A stretch of DNA of 64,000 nucleotides from Coriobacteriales bacterium (GCA_017515595.1 JAFWFL010000005.1:4516-68515); one strand, 5' to 3'; positions 19,218 to 29,260 are shown, counted from the first letter of the stretch. Made by a program: numbers and translations. The notes: a model not told the origin generated them from the sequence alone.

Positions 19218-20081
19218 ATGATTCGCTACTCGTTGCCTGATTTTACCGTTGGCCTGCAATACAATCTCATGTTTGTGCAGCTTATGCGTTCATGTCCTCA
19301 ATTCTTTTTTGATGACATCACAGTGAGCAGTCTCTATGGATGCTTCCCAAGCTGCATTATGAACGGCGGGCGCACGTTTGTTCGCGACCCCTATACCTAC
19401 GAGCAAATGGTTGCAACTTTTGATGCTCTTGAGGATGCCGGACTCACCGCACGCCTTACGTTCACGAACATGCTTGTAGAACCAAGCCAATTCTCCGACG
19501 AGTATTTTAATATGATTCTTGATGCAGCAAACGGCCGCGATGTGGAAGTTATTGTTTATTTGGATGAGCTTGCTGACTATATCAAAGCCCGTTACGGATT
19601 TAAAACAACGCTCTCCACAACGCGGCAGCTCCCAGATGTAGCGAGCCTCAACCGCATGCTTGAGCGCTACGATATGGTTGTTTTGGATTATAACCACAAT
19701 AAGGACAAAGCATTTCTTAGTGCAGTAACAGATCCTGCGCGTCTTGAGGTCATGCCTAATGAGCTCTGCAATCCGGGCTGCCCTCACCGCCAGCGGCATT
19801 ATGAACACAATTCCCGCAATCAGCTTTTGAACCAAGTAACACCCTTCCGCGACTGCAAACATGAAGGACCCGGTTTTACCACACGCACTCAAACGTCGCC
19901 CACACTCTTGAGCAACAGCGATATCAGAGATCTCAACTGTACATACGGTATCGAGAACTATAAGATTGTAGGACGCGGTGTTACAAGCGAGCTCACCCTC
20001 GAGTCATATCTCTATTACCTTGTGCGACCTGAACACCGTTCAGGTTTGCATCAAGCGCTCGCCGCCAAACTCGGCCAATAA
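19218..20081 (+). CDS. Conserved-cysteine protein of unknown function, paralog of 48772..49785
   Basis: By-eye alignment to 48772..49785 gives four blocks: YGCFPSCIMNGGR/YGSPLCAWAGGR, LTFTN/FTFSH, NELCNPGCPH/NERCARDCPY and YKIVGRG/FKIQGRG. The ATG lies 1 nt after the previous stop. Confidence 0.55.
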   Translation: MIRYSLPDFTVGLQYNLMFVQLMRSCPQFFFDDITVSSLYGCFPSCIMNGGRTFVRDPYTYEQMVATFDALEDAGLTARLTFTNMLVEPSQFSDEYFNMILDAANGRDVEVIVYLDELADYIKARYGFKTTLSTTRQLPDVASLNRMLERYDMVVLDYNHNKDKAFLSAVTDPARLEVMPNELCNPGCPHRQRHYEHNSRNQLLNQVTPFRDCKHEGPGFTTRTQTSPTLLSNSDIRDLNCTYGIENYKIVGRGVTSELTLESYLYYLVRPEHRSGLHQALAAKLGQ

Positions 20082-20204
20082 TCCGGTCTGAGTGTATTAT
20101 ATGAGAATAAAAGACTGTCCTCACGGCCTCTGTGCACGGAAATCTTTATTTTATAGCTACTCAAACGCATTTAAGTAGCCTATTTGTAAATACAAGAAAA
20201 GGTC

Positions 20205-20402
20205 GCCGAGAAGAACTCGCAGGTCAGAAGCGCGGCACTTCTCGGCCTTACGAGCAAAAGGGTGCAAACAGACAACTCAAATGCATTTGAGTTGTCACGA
20301 AAGGGAGATTTCTGTGCAGGGAGACAAGAAAAAGGGACAGTTCTAGGTAAGTGCACAGGGGACAGTTCTATGTGCACTTACCTAGAACTGTCCCCTGTGC
20401 AC
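20205..20402. repeat. Palindrome-dense intergenic region between convergent genes
   Basis: Three structures are present. One is the hairpin GCCGAGAAG...CTTCTCGGC (20205..20246). The second is a perfect 26-bp palindrome, GACAACTCAAATGCATTTGAGTTGTC (20271..20296). The third is three copies (two direct, one inverted) of GGGACAGTTCTA (20334..20402). Confidence 0.75.
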
Positions 20403-20410
20403 TGTCTTCT

Positions 20411-21178
20411 TTACTTAATGTGACCCAAGAAGTCCTTGGTGCGATCTGATTGCGGATGGTCAAAGACTTCCTCGGGGGTACCCTGCTCTACAATGACCCC
20501 GCCGTCCATAAAGACAACGCGGTCAGCAACATCGCGGGCAAAGCCCATTTCGTGGGTTACTACCATCATGGTCATACCGCCGCGGGCAAGGTCCTTCATT
20601 ACATTCAAAACATCGCGCACAAGCTCGGGGTCAAGTGCGCTTGTTGCCTCGTCAAACAACATAACATGCGGGTTCATGGCCAAAGCACGGGCAATGGCCA
20701 CACGTTGCTGCTGTCCACCCGAGAGCTGCGAGGGCTTATAATCAATGCGGTCGGCCAAACCAACGCGCGACAGTTCTTCTATCGCGATTTTCTCGGCCTC
20801 TGCAGCGGAACGCTTGAGTACTTTGCGCTGGGCGAGCATGACGTTCTTTTTGGCGGTCAGGTGAGGAAACAGGTTAAAGCTCTGGAATACCATACCAAGC
20901 TTTGCGCGAACAGCGTTAAGGTTGGTTTTTGGAGCTGTAATGTCTTGTCCTTCGAATATAATCTGCCCGCTTGTAGGAGTCTCGAGCAAGTTCACGCAGC
21001 GCAGCAGGGTCGACTTTCCCGAGCCGCTGGGACCCAGGATAACCACAACCTCGCCGCGGTGTACATCAAGGTCAACACCTTTGAGAACATCGAGATCGCC
21101 AAAGCTTTTGTGCAGATTTTTAATGCTTACCACAACTTCAGAGCTCTTGAGAGGAGCATGCTGGGTGTTGTTATCCAT
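20411..21178 (-). CDS. Polar amino-acid ABC transporter ATP-binding protein
   Basis: Walker A is GPSGSGKST, the signature is [15 protein letters not shown] and Walker B is VMLFDE, in a GlnQ/HisP-like layout. Confidence 0.9.
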   Translation of the reverse strand: MDNNTQHAPLKSSEVVVSIKNLHKSFGDLDVLKGVDLDVHRGEVVVILGPSGSGKSTLLRCVNLLETPTSGQIIFEGQDITAPKTNLNAVRAKLGMVFQSFNLFPHLTAKKNVMLAQRKVLKRSAAEAEKIAIEELSRVGLADRIDYKPSQLSGGQQQRVAIARALAMNPHVMLFDEATSALDPELVRDVLNVMKDLARGGMTMMVVTHEMGFARDVADRVVFMDGGVIVEQGTPEEVFDHPQSDRTKDFLGHIK

Positions 21179-21196
21179 ATCAATATCTCCTCTCGA

Positions 21197-22672
21197 CTAT
21201 AAGCTCGACATTTGGGCCGGTGTTATTGTTTCTTTATCTACCGCATCAGGCCGCAGGAACCTGTCACGGTCCATAGCATCTGCAAGCCCGGCTTCTTCGA
21301 GATCTTCAAGAGCTGCAAAACCTTGCTCCTGAGAACCTATTCCTGCGATTCCGGAACCTTTTGACTTCTTTGCTGTCTTGGGACGGCTTGCACCGGTATC
21401 GCCGTTTGCAAGTCTCCGCTCAAGAATACCTACGAGCCTGGCGAGCGGGAGCGTTACTACCAGGTAGAAGCAGGCGGCAACAATGTACGGTGTAATTGAA
21501 CCGGTAGAGGCTACGATGGTCTTGGCGTACATAACAACTTCCATGACGCCGACTGCCGCCAGAAGTGAAGTATCCTTGTAGAGCAAAATGAATTCGCTTG
21601 TCATGGTAGGTATTACGCGGCGAATCGTTTGAGGAATAATAACGCTCATCATGGTTTGAGCGCCGTTCATGCCTAAGCTGCGTGATGCCTCAAACTGGCC
21701 TTTGCTGATTGACTGAATACCGCCTCTAAAGATTTCGCACTGGTAAGCGCATGAGTTCATGGCAAGCACAATGACGCCCAGCAAAAACGGCGGAATGGTA
21801 ATACCGGCAAGCGGCAAACCAAAGAAGGCAATGTAGATTTGGAGAAACACCGGTGTACCACGAATTATGTTGACGTACAGCGACGCAATGCCTCTCAAAA
21901 CCGCAAACTTGGACATGCGCATGAGCGAGAGAATCAAACCAAAGGGTATAGCGAGCGGGAATGCTATCAAAACAATGGCAAGCGCCATCAAAAAGCCTTT
22001 TGCCACAATAGGGAAGCTCTTAACGAGAATGGGCGGGTTCAAAAAGAGGCGCAGGAACTTGTTCTCGTTCCACTTCTGTACCCAGGGCTGTTCCTCAAGA
22101 TAGCTGGCGATCTGTCCGGAAAGCGTGATACCTTTGATATTAAGCGCCGGGATATCATCTATGGTGAGCTGGGTTCCGTTTGACAAGGTATAGGTACCGG
22201 TAAGCGGCATAACTCCGCCCTCGGTGGGGAATACTACGTCGTATATTTCAATTCTAAAGTACGCCCCCTCCGCTAACGGCTCATCGAGCTCAACATGAAG
22301 CGTTGTGCCCTCAGCTGTAGCCGATGCCGGGATAAACGTACGGTCCATGAGGTCTTCTCCGCTCAAATGCGTTACGCGAGTGTCATCAAGACCAAACGTG
22401 GTTCCCTCGGGGAAGATGATCGAAATACTCTTAAGCGATTCTTCTTCGCCGAGTTGCGCTTCATACTTGACGCGGGTGACTGTACCACCAAGGATATCAT
22501 TGCCCTCGCTCGCGTTAGGACGCGCCGTACATTGTGCGGTATTAAGCGCATACGCAAAAACCGGCGTACTCAATACCCATATAACGGCCAGTAAAAGCAC
22601 GGCTGCAATAACATACAACCGGTATGTACTGCGGTTTTTGCCGGTATTCATATGACGGAGCTCTCGCACCAT
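21197..22672 (-). CDS. Amino-acid ABC transporter permease with an extra N-terminal extracytoplasmic domain of about 200 aa
   Basis: The C-terminal half has a HisM/GlnP-type permease core (IRGTPVFLQIYIAFFGLP, EASRSLGM). The N-terminus has a signal anchor plus a soluble domain, and the tail is hydrophilic. Confidence 0.8.
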   Translation of the reverse strand: MVRELRHMNTGKNRSTYRLYVIAAVLLLAVIWVLSTPVFAYALNTAQCTARPNASEGNDILGGTVTRVKYEAQLGEEESLKSISIIFPEGTTFGLDDTRVTHLSGEDLMDRTFIPASATAEGTTLHVELDEPLAEGAYFRIEIYDVVFPTEGGVMPLTGTYTLSNGTQLTIDDIPALNIKGITLSGQIASYLEEQPWVQKWNENKFLRLFLNPPILVKSFPIVAKGFLMALAIVLIAFPLAIPFGLILSLMRMSKFAVLRGIASLYVNIIRGTPVFLQIYIAFFGLPLAGITIPPFLLGVIVLAMNSCAYQCEIFRGGIQSISKGQFEASRSLGMNGAQTMMSVIIPQTIRRVIPTMTSEFILLYKDTSLLAAVGVMEVVMYAKTIVASTGSITPYIVAACFYLVVTLPLARLVGILERRLANGDTGASRPKTAKKSKGSGIAGIGSQEQGFAALEDLEEAGLADAMDRDRFLRPDAVDKETITPAQMSSL

Positions 22673-22740
22673 ATGACCTTCTCCTACATTCCCTACTGCT
22701 ACCTAAGTGTGGCAGTACAAATCATGACAAAACATTTCAA

Positions 22741-23634
22741 TTACGCGTTGAGATTCCATGCAGCCAGGAGCTCGTCAAGCTTACCGTCTTCCTTCATCTC
22801 TTTGATAACAGCGCTGATCGCAGCGGTAAGGCCGGGGTTCTCCTTAGATACAACCATAGCGTAGTCTTCGCCGGTTGCCTCGCGCATAATAATGTGCTGC
22901 TCGGGATATGACTTAATAACGTCAGCCGCAACGCTGTTGTTGGTACAAATAGCGTCTGCCTGGCTTGCCTGAAGAGCTGCGAAGGTATCGTTTGCGCCGC
23001 CAAGACCCTTAACGGTTGCCTCGGGGAAGTTCTCCTTGGCATAGGTCTCGCCGGTAGTACCGCTTTGAGCAACAATGGTGCGGGTAGACTTGTTGAGCTC
23101 TTCGCGAACGTTCTCGGCAGTAATATCGCTGTCGACGGTTACAATAACTGCCATATCATCGGTATAGTATGCCTCGGTAAAGTCAATCTCTTTCTTACGG
23201 TCAGGAGTTACCGAGAAGCCCGAGACACCCACGTCATACTGGCCGCCCTGGACAATTGCCGGAATAATGGCGTCAAACTGAAGAGGCTTAATGACGCACT
23301 CAAGGCCCATACGCTTGCAGATTTCCTGAATCAGGTCAACCTCAAAGCCCACATAGGTCTCGCCGTCCTCAGCGAGGTTCTCAAAGGGCGGGTAGTCGGG
23401 CGAAGAAGCAAAGGTGAGTTTGCCTTCAGAAACCAGGGTATACTCGGCAGCTTCCTTGTCATCTGCAGGGGCTTCATCCTTGGCGTCATCAGCAGGGGTT
23501 TCTTCCTTCTTTTCTTCCTTCTTGTCATTATCGGTGGTAGTGCAACCGGCAAGTGCAAAAGGCGCAACAACGGCTGCCATGGCCGCAAAACCAACGAGCT
23601 GTCTGCGGGTCAAACCTGTCTGTGAAAATGCCAT
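22741..23634 (-). CDS. Amino-acid ABC transporter substrate-binding lipoprotein
   Basis: A lipobox (LAGC) is followed by a K/E/D-rich linker and an SBP_bac_3-like body (YPPFE, GFEVDL, GFSVTPDRK). Confidence 0.85.
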   Translation of the reverse strand: MAFSQTGLTRRQLVGFAAMAAVVAPFALAGCTTTDNDKKEEKKEETPADDAKDEAPADDKEAAEYTLVSEGKLTFASSPDYPPFENLAEDGETYVGFEVDLIQEICKRMGLECVIKPLQFDAIIPAIVQGGQYDVGVSGFSVTPDRKKEIDFTEAYYTDDMAVIVTVDSDITAENVREELNKSTRTIVAQSGTTGETYAKENFPEATVKGLGGANDTFAALQASQADAICTNNSVAADVIKSYPEQHIIMREATGEDYAMVVSKENPGLTAAISAVIKEMKEDGKLDELLAAWNLNA

Positions 23635-23800
23635 AGCTCATACTTCCTTTCGGGCTTATCTGCGGGCATGATGCCGCGCGTTTCATTCCTTATACATACA
23701 TGCGCAACTATACGCATGTGCATGCATACTAGCGCGTTAAAATTACAATTTAATGAATAATCACATGATGTCAAAGGCAAGGACAGGTTTGCAAAAATGA

Positions 23801-23840
23801 AACAAGGGGTAAGCGCATCGGATGCTTACCCCTTGTTTTT
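23801..23840. terminator. Hairpin terminator downstream of the feo operon
   Basis: AACAAGGGGTAAGC, a loop, then GCTTACCCCTTGTT, flanked by A/T runs on both sides. Confidence 0.7.
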
Positions 23841-23862
23841 AATTACTTATGTTTGTAAACCG

Positions 23863-24060
23863 CTAATTCTTGTTCTTTTGTGCTGCTTGCAGACGTGCTG
23901 CACAGGCAGAGCAGCTTGGGCAGCCGGTGCATGCGGGCATTCTGCCGCCTGTATCACAGCAACTGCCATGGGCACTTTTCTTTCCAAAGAACGTAGCCTT
24001 AATAGCGAGGCCAACAATTACCAGTACAATTCCTAATACAATCCAACTTGCAAGGTTCAT
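23863..24060 (-). CDS. FeoB-associated Cys-rich membrane protein
   Basis: 65 aa, with one TM helix followed by SCCDTGGRMPACTGCPSCSAC. It lies immediately downstream of feoB. Confidence 0.75.
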   Translation of the reverse strand: MNLASWIVLGIVLVIVGLAIKATFFGKKSAHGSCCDTGGRMPACTGCPSCSACAARLQAAQKNKN

Positions 24061-24068
24061 AATCTCAC

Positions 24069-26771
24069 TTACTTTGTTTTTGCGGCGAGAGCTTTAGGCG
24101 CGGGCCTAAAGAGGCCAAAGAGGATAAGAGCAAGAAGAGCAAATGCAACAACCGTCCAGAATCCAAAGGCGCCGGTAATAACGAGCTTACCGATTTGGAA
24201 AATAATAAGTGCAACGGCATATGCCCAGCCGCATTCCCAGAGAAGCGCAGCCCAGAACCACTTGTTAAAGCCGCCCATCTCGCGCTTAATTGCGCCAATA
24301 GCAGCAAAGCATGGGGCGCACAAAAGCTGGAAGGTCATGAACGAGAATGCTGCGACGTGGATAAGAGCGGCTGAACCTGCTGCTACACCAAGCGACTGCA
24401 TAAAGACCAGCGGCCAAGCGGAGTTGCCGCCGCCAAATACCACCGCCATGGTACCAATAACATTCTCTTTGGCAATAAGGCCGGTGATAACGCTTGAAGC
24501 AGCCTGCCAGTTCGCAAAGCCAAGCGGAGCAAAGAGCCATGCGAAGGAATTGCCAAAGTATGCGAGGAACGAGTGATCCATGAGGTCTTCTCCGACCCAC
24601 ATGAACTTGCCCTCGTAAATGCCGTAACCGGAGAGGAACCAGACAATGATGGTTGCGAGCAAAATGATGGTACCGGCCTTCTTGATGAATGCCCATGCAC
24701 GTTCCCACATGCTGCGGAGCAAGTCAACAAAGCGTGGAAGCCTGTACTCGGGAAGCTCCATAATATACGGAGTGGTTTCGCCCAAGAAAGGCTTGGTCTT
24801 CTTGAGTATTATACCCGAGATAACAATCGAAGCAATACCCATAAAGTAAGCAAGAGGTCCTACCCACCAAACGCCACCGAATACCGCGGTAGAAATTAGA
24901 GCAATGATGGGAAGCTTGGCCGAGCAGGGCATGAAGGTGGTTGTCATAACCGTGAGGTGACGGGACGACTCACTCTCAATGGTACGTGATGCCATAATTC
25001 CGGGCACGCCGCAACCCGTGCCTACAATCATAGGAATAAATGTCTTACCCGAGAGACCAAAGCGACGGAAGATACGGTCGAGGATAAAGGTAACACGAGC
25101 CATATAACCGCAGCTCTCCAAGATGGCAAGCAGGAAGAAGAGGATCATGATCTGCGGTACAAAGCCGAGAACTGCGCCAACGCCGGCAATAATACCGTCC
25201 ATGATAAGGTCATAAAGCCAGTCCACGCAGCCAATGGACTTAAGAGCGGAACCAATGATTACCGGAATGCCGGGCACCCAAATTCCGTACTCAGAAGGCT
25301 CACCGGGAGCAGCAACTTGAATGCCCTGGGTGACGGTCTCGGTCTCACCTTCGTCATTCTCTGCCTCTACCTCGCCGTCAAAGCAATAAATCACAGCTTC
25401 TGCGGCTTCAGCGCGGCCTTCGCTTTCGATCTCGGCATTGCGGGCATCGGCAAGTTCCTGAGCGGCGGCTTCACTCTCTGCACCATAATAGACAAAATAG
25501 TCCGTTTCGACAGTTGTATCTGCATCAACTGCCATAAACTCGCCAATTACGCCGGACTTTGCTGCCGCGGCTTTAAATGCGTCGAGTGCAGCCTGAGCTT
25601 CTTCAGATTCAGGATCTGCTTCAAAGTCCCCGCCCATTGCTTCGAGAACTTCTTCACCAGGCTCGGCAAGGAAATTTGCGGCTATGGCTGTGGTATCAAT
25701 ACCGGCTTCTTCTGCTGCCTCAAGATAAGCCGCAATTGCCTGCTGAGCCACGTTATACGGGTCGACATCAGCATCATAAGCAGCTTGAGCGCCTGCATCA
25801 GGATTCACAATGGCCACCGGATCAAGGAACCACCCGTCTCCAAATACACCATCATTTACACAATCAGTAGCATACTTACCTACGGTCGAAATTGAAATCC
25901 AATAGATCGCGATGATAACCAGCACAAATATTGGCAGAGCCAAAATACGGTTCAATACCACGCGATCAATTTTCTCGGTAGTCGAAAGCGCAGAATTCTT
26001 GCGCTTTTGTACCTTGTTAATAAAACCGGTGATGTACTCATAGCGCGCGTTTGCAACAACGGCATCTGCCTTGTCACCAAAGCGGGCCTCTACCGCATGT
26101 ACATGGTTCTCAAGGTCACTTATCTTGCCGAGCTCTTTAATGACCTTCTCATCACGCTCAAGATATTTAATTGCATAAAAACGCTTGAGGCGTGGGTCAA
26201 CAGAAGCAGGAAGGTCATTCTCGAGATGTGCGATCAAGGCTTCAAGATCATCCGAGAAAGGCGCGGGCTTGGGAGCTTGACCAGAAGCTGCAGCCTTCTT
26301 AGCTGCAGATATAAGCTCATCAATTCCGTCGCCCTGGAGCGCTGAGATTTCAACAACCGGGAGGCCCAGGCGCTCTGAAAGCTCTTTGGAATCAATTTGA
26401 TACCCGCGCTTGTGCACAATGTCCATTTGGTTCAGGGCAACAACAACCGGAATACCAAACTCCATGAGCTGGGTGGTCAGATACAGGTTACGCTCAAGGT
26501 TTGAGGCGTCCACAATGTCCAGAATAACGTTTGCCTCACGGCTGATCAAATAGTCGCGAGCCACCACTTCTTCATTTGAATAAGGCGTGAGCGAATAAAT
26601 ACCCGGCAGGTCAACAACCTCAACATCATGGTCGTTTTTAAGCGTACCCGTTTTGCGTTCAACAGTGACTCCCGGCCAGTTACCCACGTACTGCCGGTTG
26701 CCGGTAAGCTGGTTGAACAGCGTAGTTTTGCCTGAGTTGGGGTTTCCAACCAAGGCTATGGTTACCGCCAT
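24069..26771 (-). CDS. feoB: Ferrous iron transporter FeoB, 900 aa, with a large acidic insertion
   Basis: The N-terminal GTPase has G1 GNPNSGKTTLFN and G3 DLPG, and the permease domain is polytopic. An A/E/D-rich segment of about 200 aa lies between the first membrane segments. Confidence 0.9.
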   Translation of the reverse strand: MAVTIALVGNPNSGKTTLFNQLTGNRQYVGNWPGVTVERKTGTLKNDHDVEVVDLPGIYSLTPYSNEEVVARDYLISREANVILDIVDASNLERNLYLTTQLMEFGIPVVVALNQMDIVHKRGYQIDSKELSERLGLPVVEISALQGDGIDELISAAKKAAASGQAPKPAPFSDDLEALIAHLENDLPASVDPRLKRFYAIKYLERDEKVIKELGKISDLENHVHAVEARFGDKADAVVANARYEYITGFINKVQKRKNSALSTTEKIDRVVLNRILALPIFVLVIIAIYWISISTVGKYATDCVNDGVFGDGWFLDPVAIVNPDAGAQAAYDADVDPYNVAQQAIAAYLEAAEEAGIDTTAIAANFLAEPGEEVLEAMGGDFEADPESEEAQAALDAFKAAAAKSGVIGEFMAVDADTTVETDYFVYYGAESEAAAQELADARNAEIESEGRAEAAEAVIYCFDGEVEAENDEGETETVTQGIQVAAPGEPSEYGIWVPGIPVIIGSALKSIGCVDWLYDLIMDGIIAGVGAVLGFVPQIMILFFLLAILESCGYMARVTFILDRIFRRFGLSGKTFIPMIVGTGCGVPGIMASRTIESESSRHLTVMTTTFMPCSAKLPIIALISTAVFGGVWWVGPLAYFMGIASIVISGIILKKTKPFLGETTPYIMELPEYRLPRFVDLLRSMWERAWAFIKKAGTIILLATIIVWFLSGYGIYEGKFMWVGEDLMDHSFLAYFGNSFAWLFAPLGFANWQAASSVITGLIAKENVIGTMAVVFGGGNSAWPLVFMQSLGVAAGSAALIHVAAFSFMTFQLLCAPCFAAIGAIKREMGGFNKWFWAALLWECGWAYAVALIIFQIGKLVITGAFGFWTVVAFALLALILFGLFRPAPKALAAKTK

Positions 26772-26884
26772 AGAATATCATCCTCCGTTCGTTCAAAATA
26801 AGACAACAAACCATACAGACCTTGGGAGACATAAGGTATCCCAAGGTCTCCATATGCAAATATCGTTACTGTGTACGCGGTTGT

Positions 26885-27109
26885 TTATGCAGGTATTACT
26901 TCAATATTCTGAGCATCGCTTCTGCGCAGAGAAAGATGATAACCACGAACGGTAATATCAATAGGATCGCCGAGAGGGGCTACTTTTTGCACGCAAATCT
27001 CAGCGCCTTTGGTAATACCCATGTCCATAATACGACGACGAATCTCTCCGTCATCATTGAGCTTCTCAACCGTACAGCTGCTTCCAATCGCAATGTCATT
27101 CAGAGTCAT
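26885..27109 (-). CDS. feoA: FeoA family protein
   Basis: 74-aa SH3-like FeoA pattern (RRIMDMGITKGAEI...GDPIDITVRGYHLSLRRSDA), upstream of feoB. Confidence 0.85.
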   Translation of the reverse strand: MTLNDIAIGSSCTVEKLNDDGEIRRRIMDMGITKGAEICVQKVAPLGDPIDITVRGYHLSLRRSDAQNIEVIPA

Positions 27110-27161
27110 AATCTCTCCTAAAAACTCAGACTCAATAGTTATAATACTCTTACTTATGACA

Positions 27162-27260
27162 TATTAGACTTAGGTAACTTTTTTGTCCATACTCTAACAG
27201 CCGAGAATCTCAGATTATTAGACATCTTTAACTATTTTCCATATATTAGAATAATCTAAC
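27162..27260. promoter_or_regulatory. Three direct 17-bp repeats (TATTAGA-N7-TAAC) in the feoA upstream region
   Basis: The copies are TATTAGACTTAGGTAAC (27162), TATTAGACATCTTTAAC (27216) and TATTAGAATAATCTAAC (27244). They lie 53-150 nt upstream of the feoA start. Confidence 0.45.
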
Positions 27261-27367
27261 TTTATGAGGACTGCTAAAACAAGATATGCCCAGCGACTAT
27301 GAATCAGGCAAACAGAAGGCGTATGAGAAGTATTATTCGGACAATCTCTTGTCTTGCCAACACGTAT

Positions 27368-27491
27368 GAATGCAAGTTATGACGGGTACTAGCATGAGAT
27401 AAATCAATATTTGAAGGCTTTCTCCGCAAAAGCCCAGGAATTTGAAATATTGCGAATATTGATCATGCTAGTATCCGTCATAACTTGCATG
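27368..27491. mobile_element. MITE-like element, copy B (about 124 bp, 28-bp terminal inverted repeats)
   Basis: ATGCAAGTTATGACGGGTACTAGCATGA is matched by its reverse complement with 1 mismatch. The internal core is the reverse complement of the core of copy A (2281..2407). Confidence 0.7.
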
Positions 27492-27604
27492 GCGATCTTA
27501 AGAACAGTATCTTGAGCGTCTTTATTGACCGGGATAACATCTGGCTGGCAAAATAGCTATAATACGGTTAGGTGAATGGTAGTGGGGTAAAGGGGATTAG
27601 GTTT

Positions 27605-29236
27605 ATGGCTACTATGGGGTCAACAGAAGAGGTGTTATCTACTGCGCGTGTGCCTCATTTCTCCGGTGAGGAAGCTGTACCACCTGTTACCAAGCCGCCC
27701 GTCAATTGTTTGCTGGTAATTGTTGGAATGGCCTTTTTATGGCCGTGCCTCGGAACATTTGTTACCAGCCGTTTTAGACACATGCTCTCGCTTTCTGATG
27801 CTGCTTTGAATTTCTCGGTTGTGGGAATTGTTTTTGGATGCCTTTGCCTGAGTGTTGTTGCAGTGTGCCTTTTGTTTCGCAAGCGTCTCGAACCACTGTT
27901 TGCACACGGAAGCACTGTGGTTCTGGCAGTGGGTATTCTTGGACTGGCCGGACACGCACTTATTATTTGGTCCCAAGTCTTACAGATATTGGTTACACCA
28001 CTAGTAGTCCTGGGACTTGCACTGAGCGCGTTATTCGTAGTAGTTCACACCTATGCCTGGGGTTCTTCGGCATACGATTTTACACCCGGGCAGGTAATAA
28101 CGATTTACGCGGCATCGTGTGCGTTAAGCTTTGGCCTGCAGCTTTTTATCTGGCTGCTTCCGGGAGAGCTGACCGTGTACTTTTTGCTTATTTGTCCACT
28201 CGGGTCAGGTATATGCTGGCATCTTGCCTATGGAAGAGTTTTTAGGCAGGATTTAAAAGATCATCCCTCTCTGAGAATATCATTTCGTCAATTACCTTGG
28301 AAATTCATTGTTCCTGCTTTGCTATTGATTTACTTTGAGCTTGTTTTCTCGAACCTCTTGTTTTTACGCTATGAAAACTGGCCAAATGCTCATGTTTGGA
28401 TTTCGCTTGCAATCTGCTGTCTATTCTGGCTCATTTGTGCCGTAGTGGTCTCCAAGATGCATGACCGAGCAAACATCCCCACGTTGATCCCTATCCTCGT
28501 ATGGATTCTTGCTGCGCTCCTGGTTTTGTTTATGGCAGCACTTCTGTTAACCGTGCTGTTCCCCGCGGGAACCTCGCTCATTACAGAGCGAATCCTGGTG
28601 GGCACTGGCAGTTGCCTGCGCTTTTATATATTTATTGCCATTGCGTGTGCCATATCAGAACGTCGGGCGTCTGTTTTGGCCGGTTTTAGCTTTTTTACCG
28701 TTTTGGTGGTATGCATCCCGGTTATGCGTTTGGTAACCATCGCGGTTTCACATGTTGAAGATCAAACTCTTATCGCTTCCCTTACCGCACCTCAAGTAGT
28801 AGTACCCATAGCAGGAATTATGCTATTTGCCATAGCTGTAGGACTTGTACTTGCAAGCCTTCGGGAAGCACAAAACCTCGCAAAATCAAACGCACTCCAA
28901 GCAGAACAAGCCATTCAAGCTGCACAAGCCGAGAAGGACCAGGCGCTGCTCGAAAGAGAACAGCTGTTAAGTGAGATAGAAAGGGCCGCTCAAACTACTG
29001 ATGCTGCCGGCGGGCAAGACACCTCAAAGCTTCAGGAAATAGCAGCAACCATGGGCCTCTCCGCACGAGAGGGCGAGGTATTGGATCTGATTGTTCACGG
29101 ATACAGCGCAAAACGTATAGCCCAAAAACTCTTTGTGAGCGAATCAACTGTCGTGACCCACACAACCCATATATATCGCAAGTTTGGTGTTTCTTCCAAA
29201 CAAGAACTTCTTGAGAAAATCGAGAGTACACGCTAA
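27605..29236 (+). CDS. Polytopic-membrane LuxR-family transcriptional regulator
   Basis: The C-terminal HTH is LSAREGEVLDLIVHGYSAKRIAQKLFVSESTVVTHTTHIYRKFGV, preceded by a coiled Q/A/E-rich linker and at least 10 hydrophobic segments. The ATG at 27605 is preferred over the GTG at 27572. Confidence 0.8.
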   Translation: MATMGSTEEVLSTARVPHFSGEEAVPPVTKPPVNCLLVIVGMAFLWPCLGTFVTSRFRHMLSLSDAALNFSVVGIVFGCLCLSVVAVCLLFRKRLEPLFAHGSTVVLAVGILGLAGHALIIWSQVLQILVTPLVVLGLALSALFVVVHTYAWGSSAYDFTPGQVITIYAASCALSFGLQLFIWLLPGELTVYFLLICPLGSGICWHLAYGRVFRQDLKDHPSLRISFRQLPWKFIVPALLLIYFELVFSNLLFLRYENWPNAHVWISLAICCLFWLICAVVVSKMHDRANIPTLIPILVWILAALLVLFMAALLLTVLFPAGTSLITERILVGTGSCLRFYIFIAIACAISERRASVLAGFSFFTVLVVCIPVMRLVTIAVSHVEDQTLIASLTAPQVVVPIAGIMLFAIAVGLVLASLREAQNLAKSNALQAEQAIQAAQAEKDQALLEREQLLSEIERAAQTTDAAGGQDTSKLQEIAATMGLSAREGEVLDLIVHGYSAKRIAQKLFVSESTVVTHTTHIYRKFGVSSKQELLEKIESTR

Positions 29237-29260
29237 GGATTGTGTCAAAAACCTCAGGCC

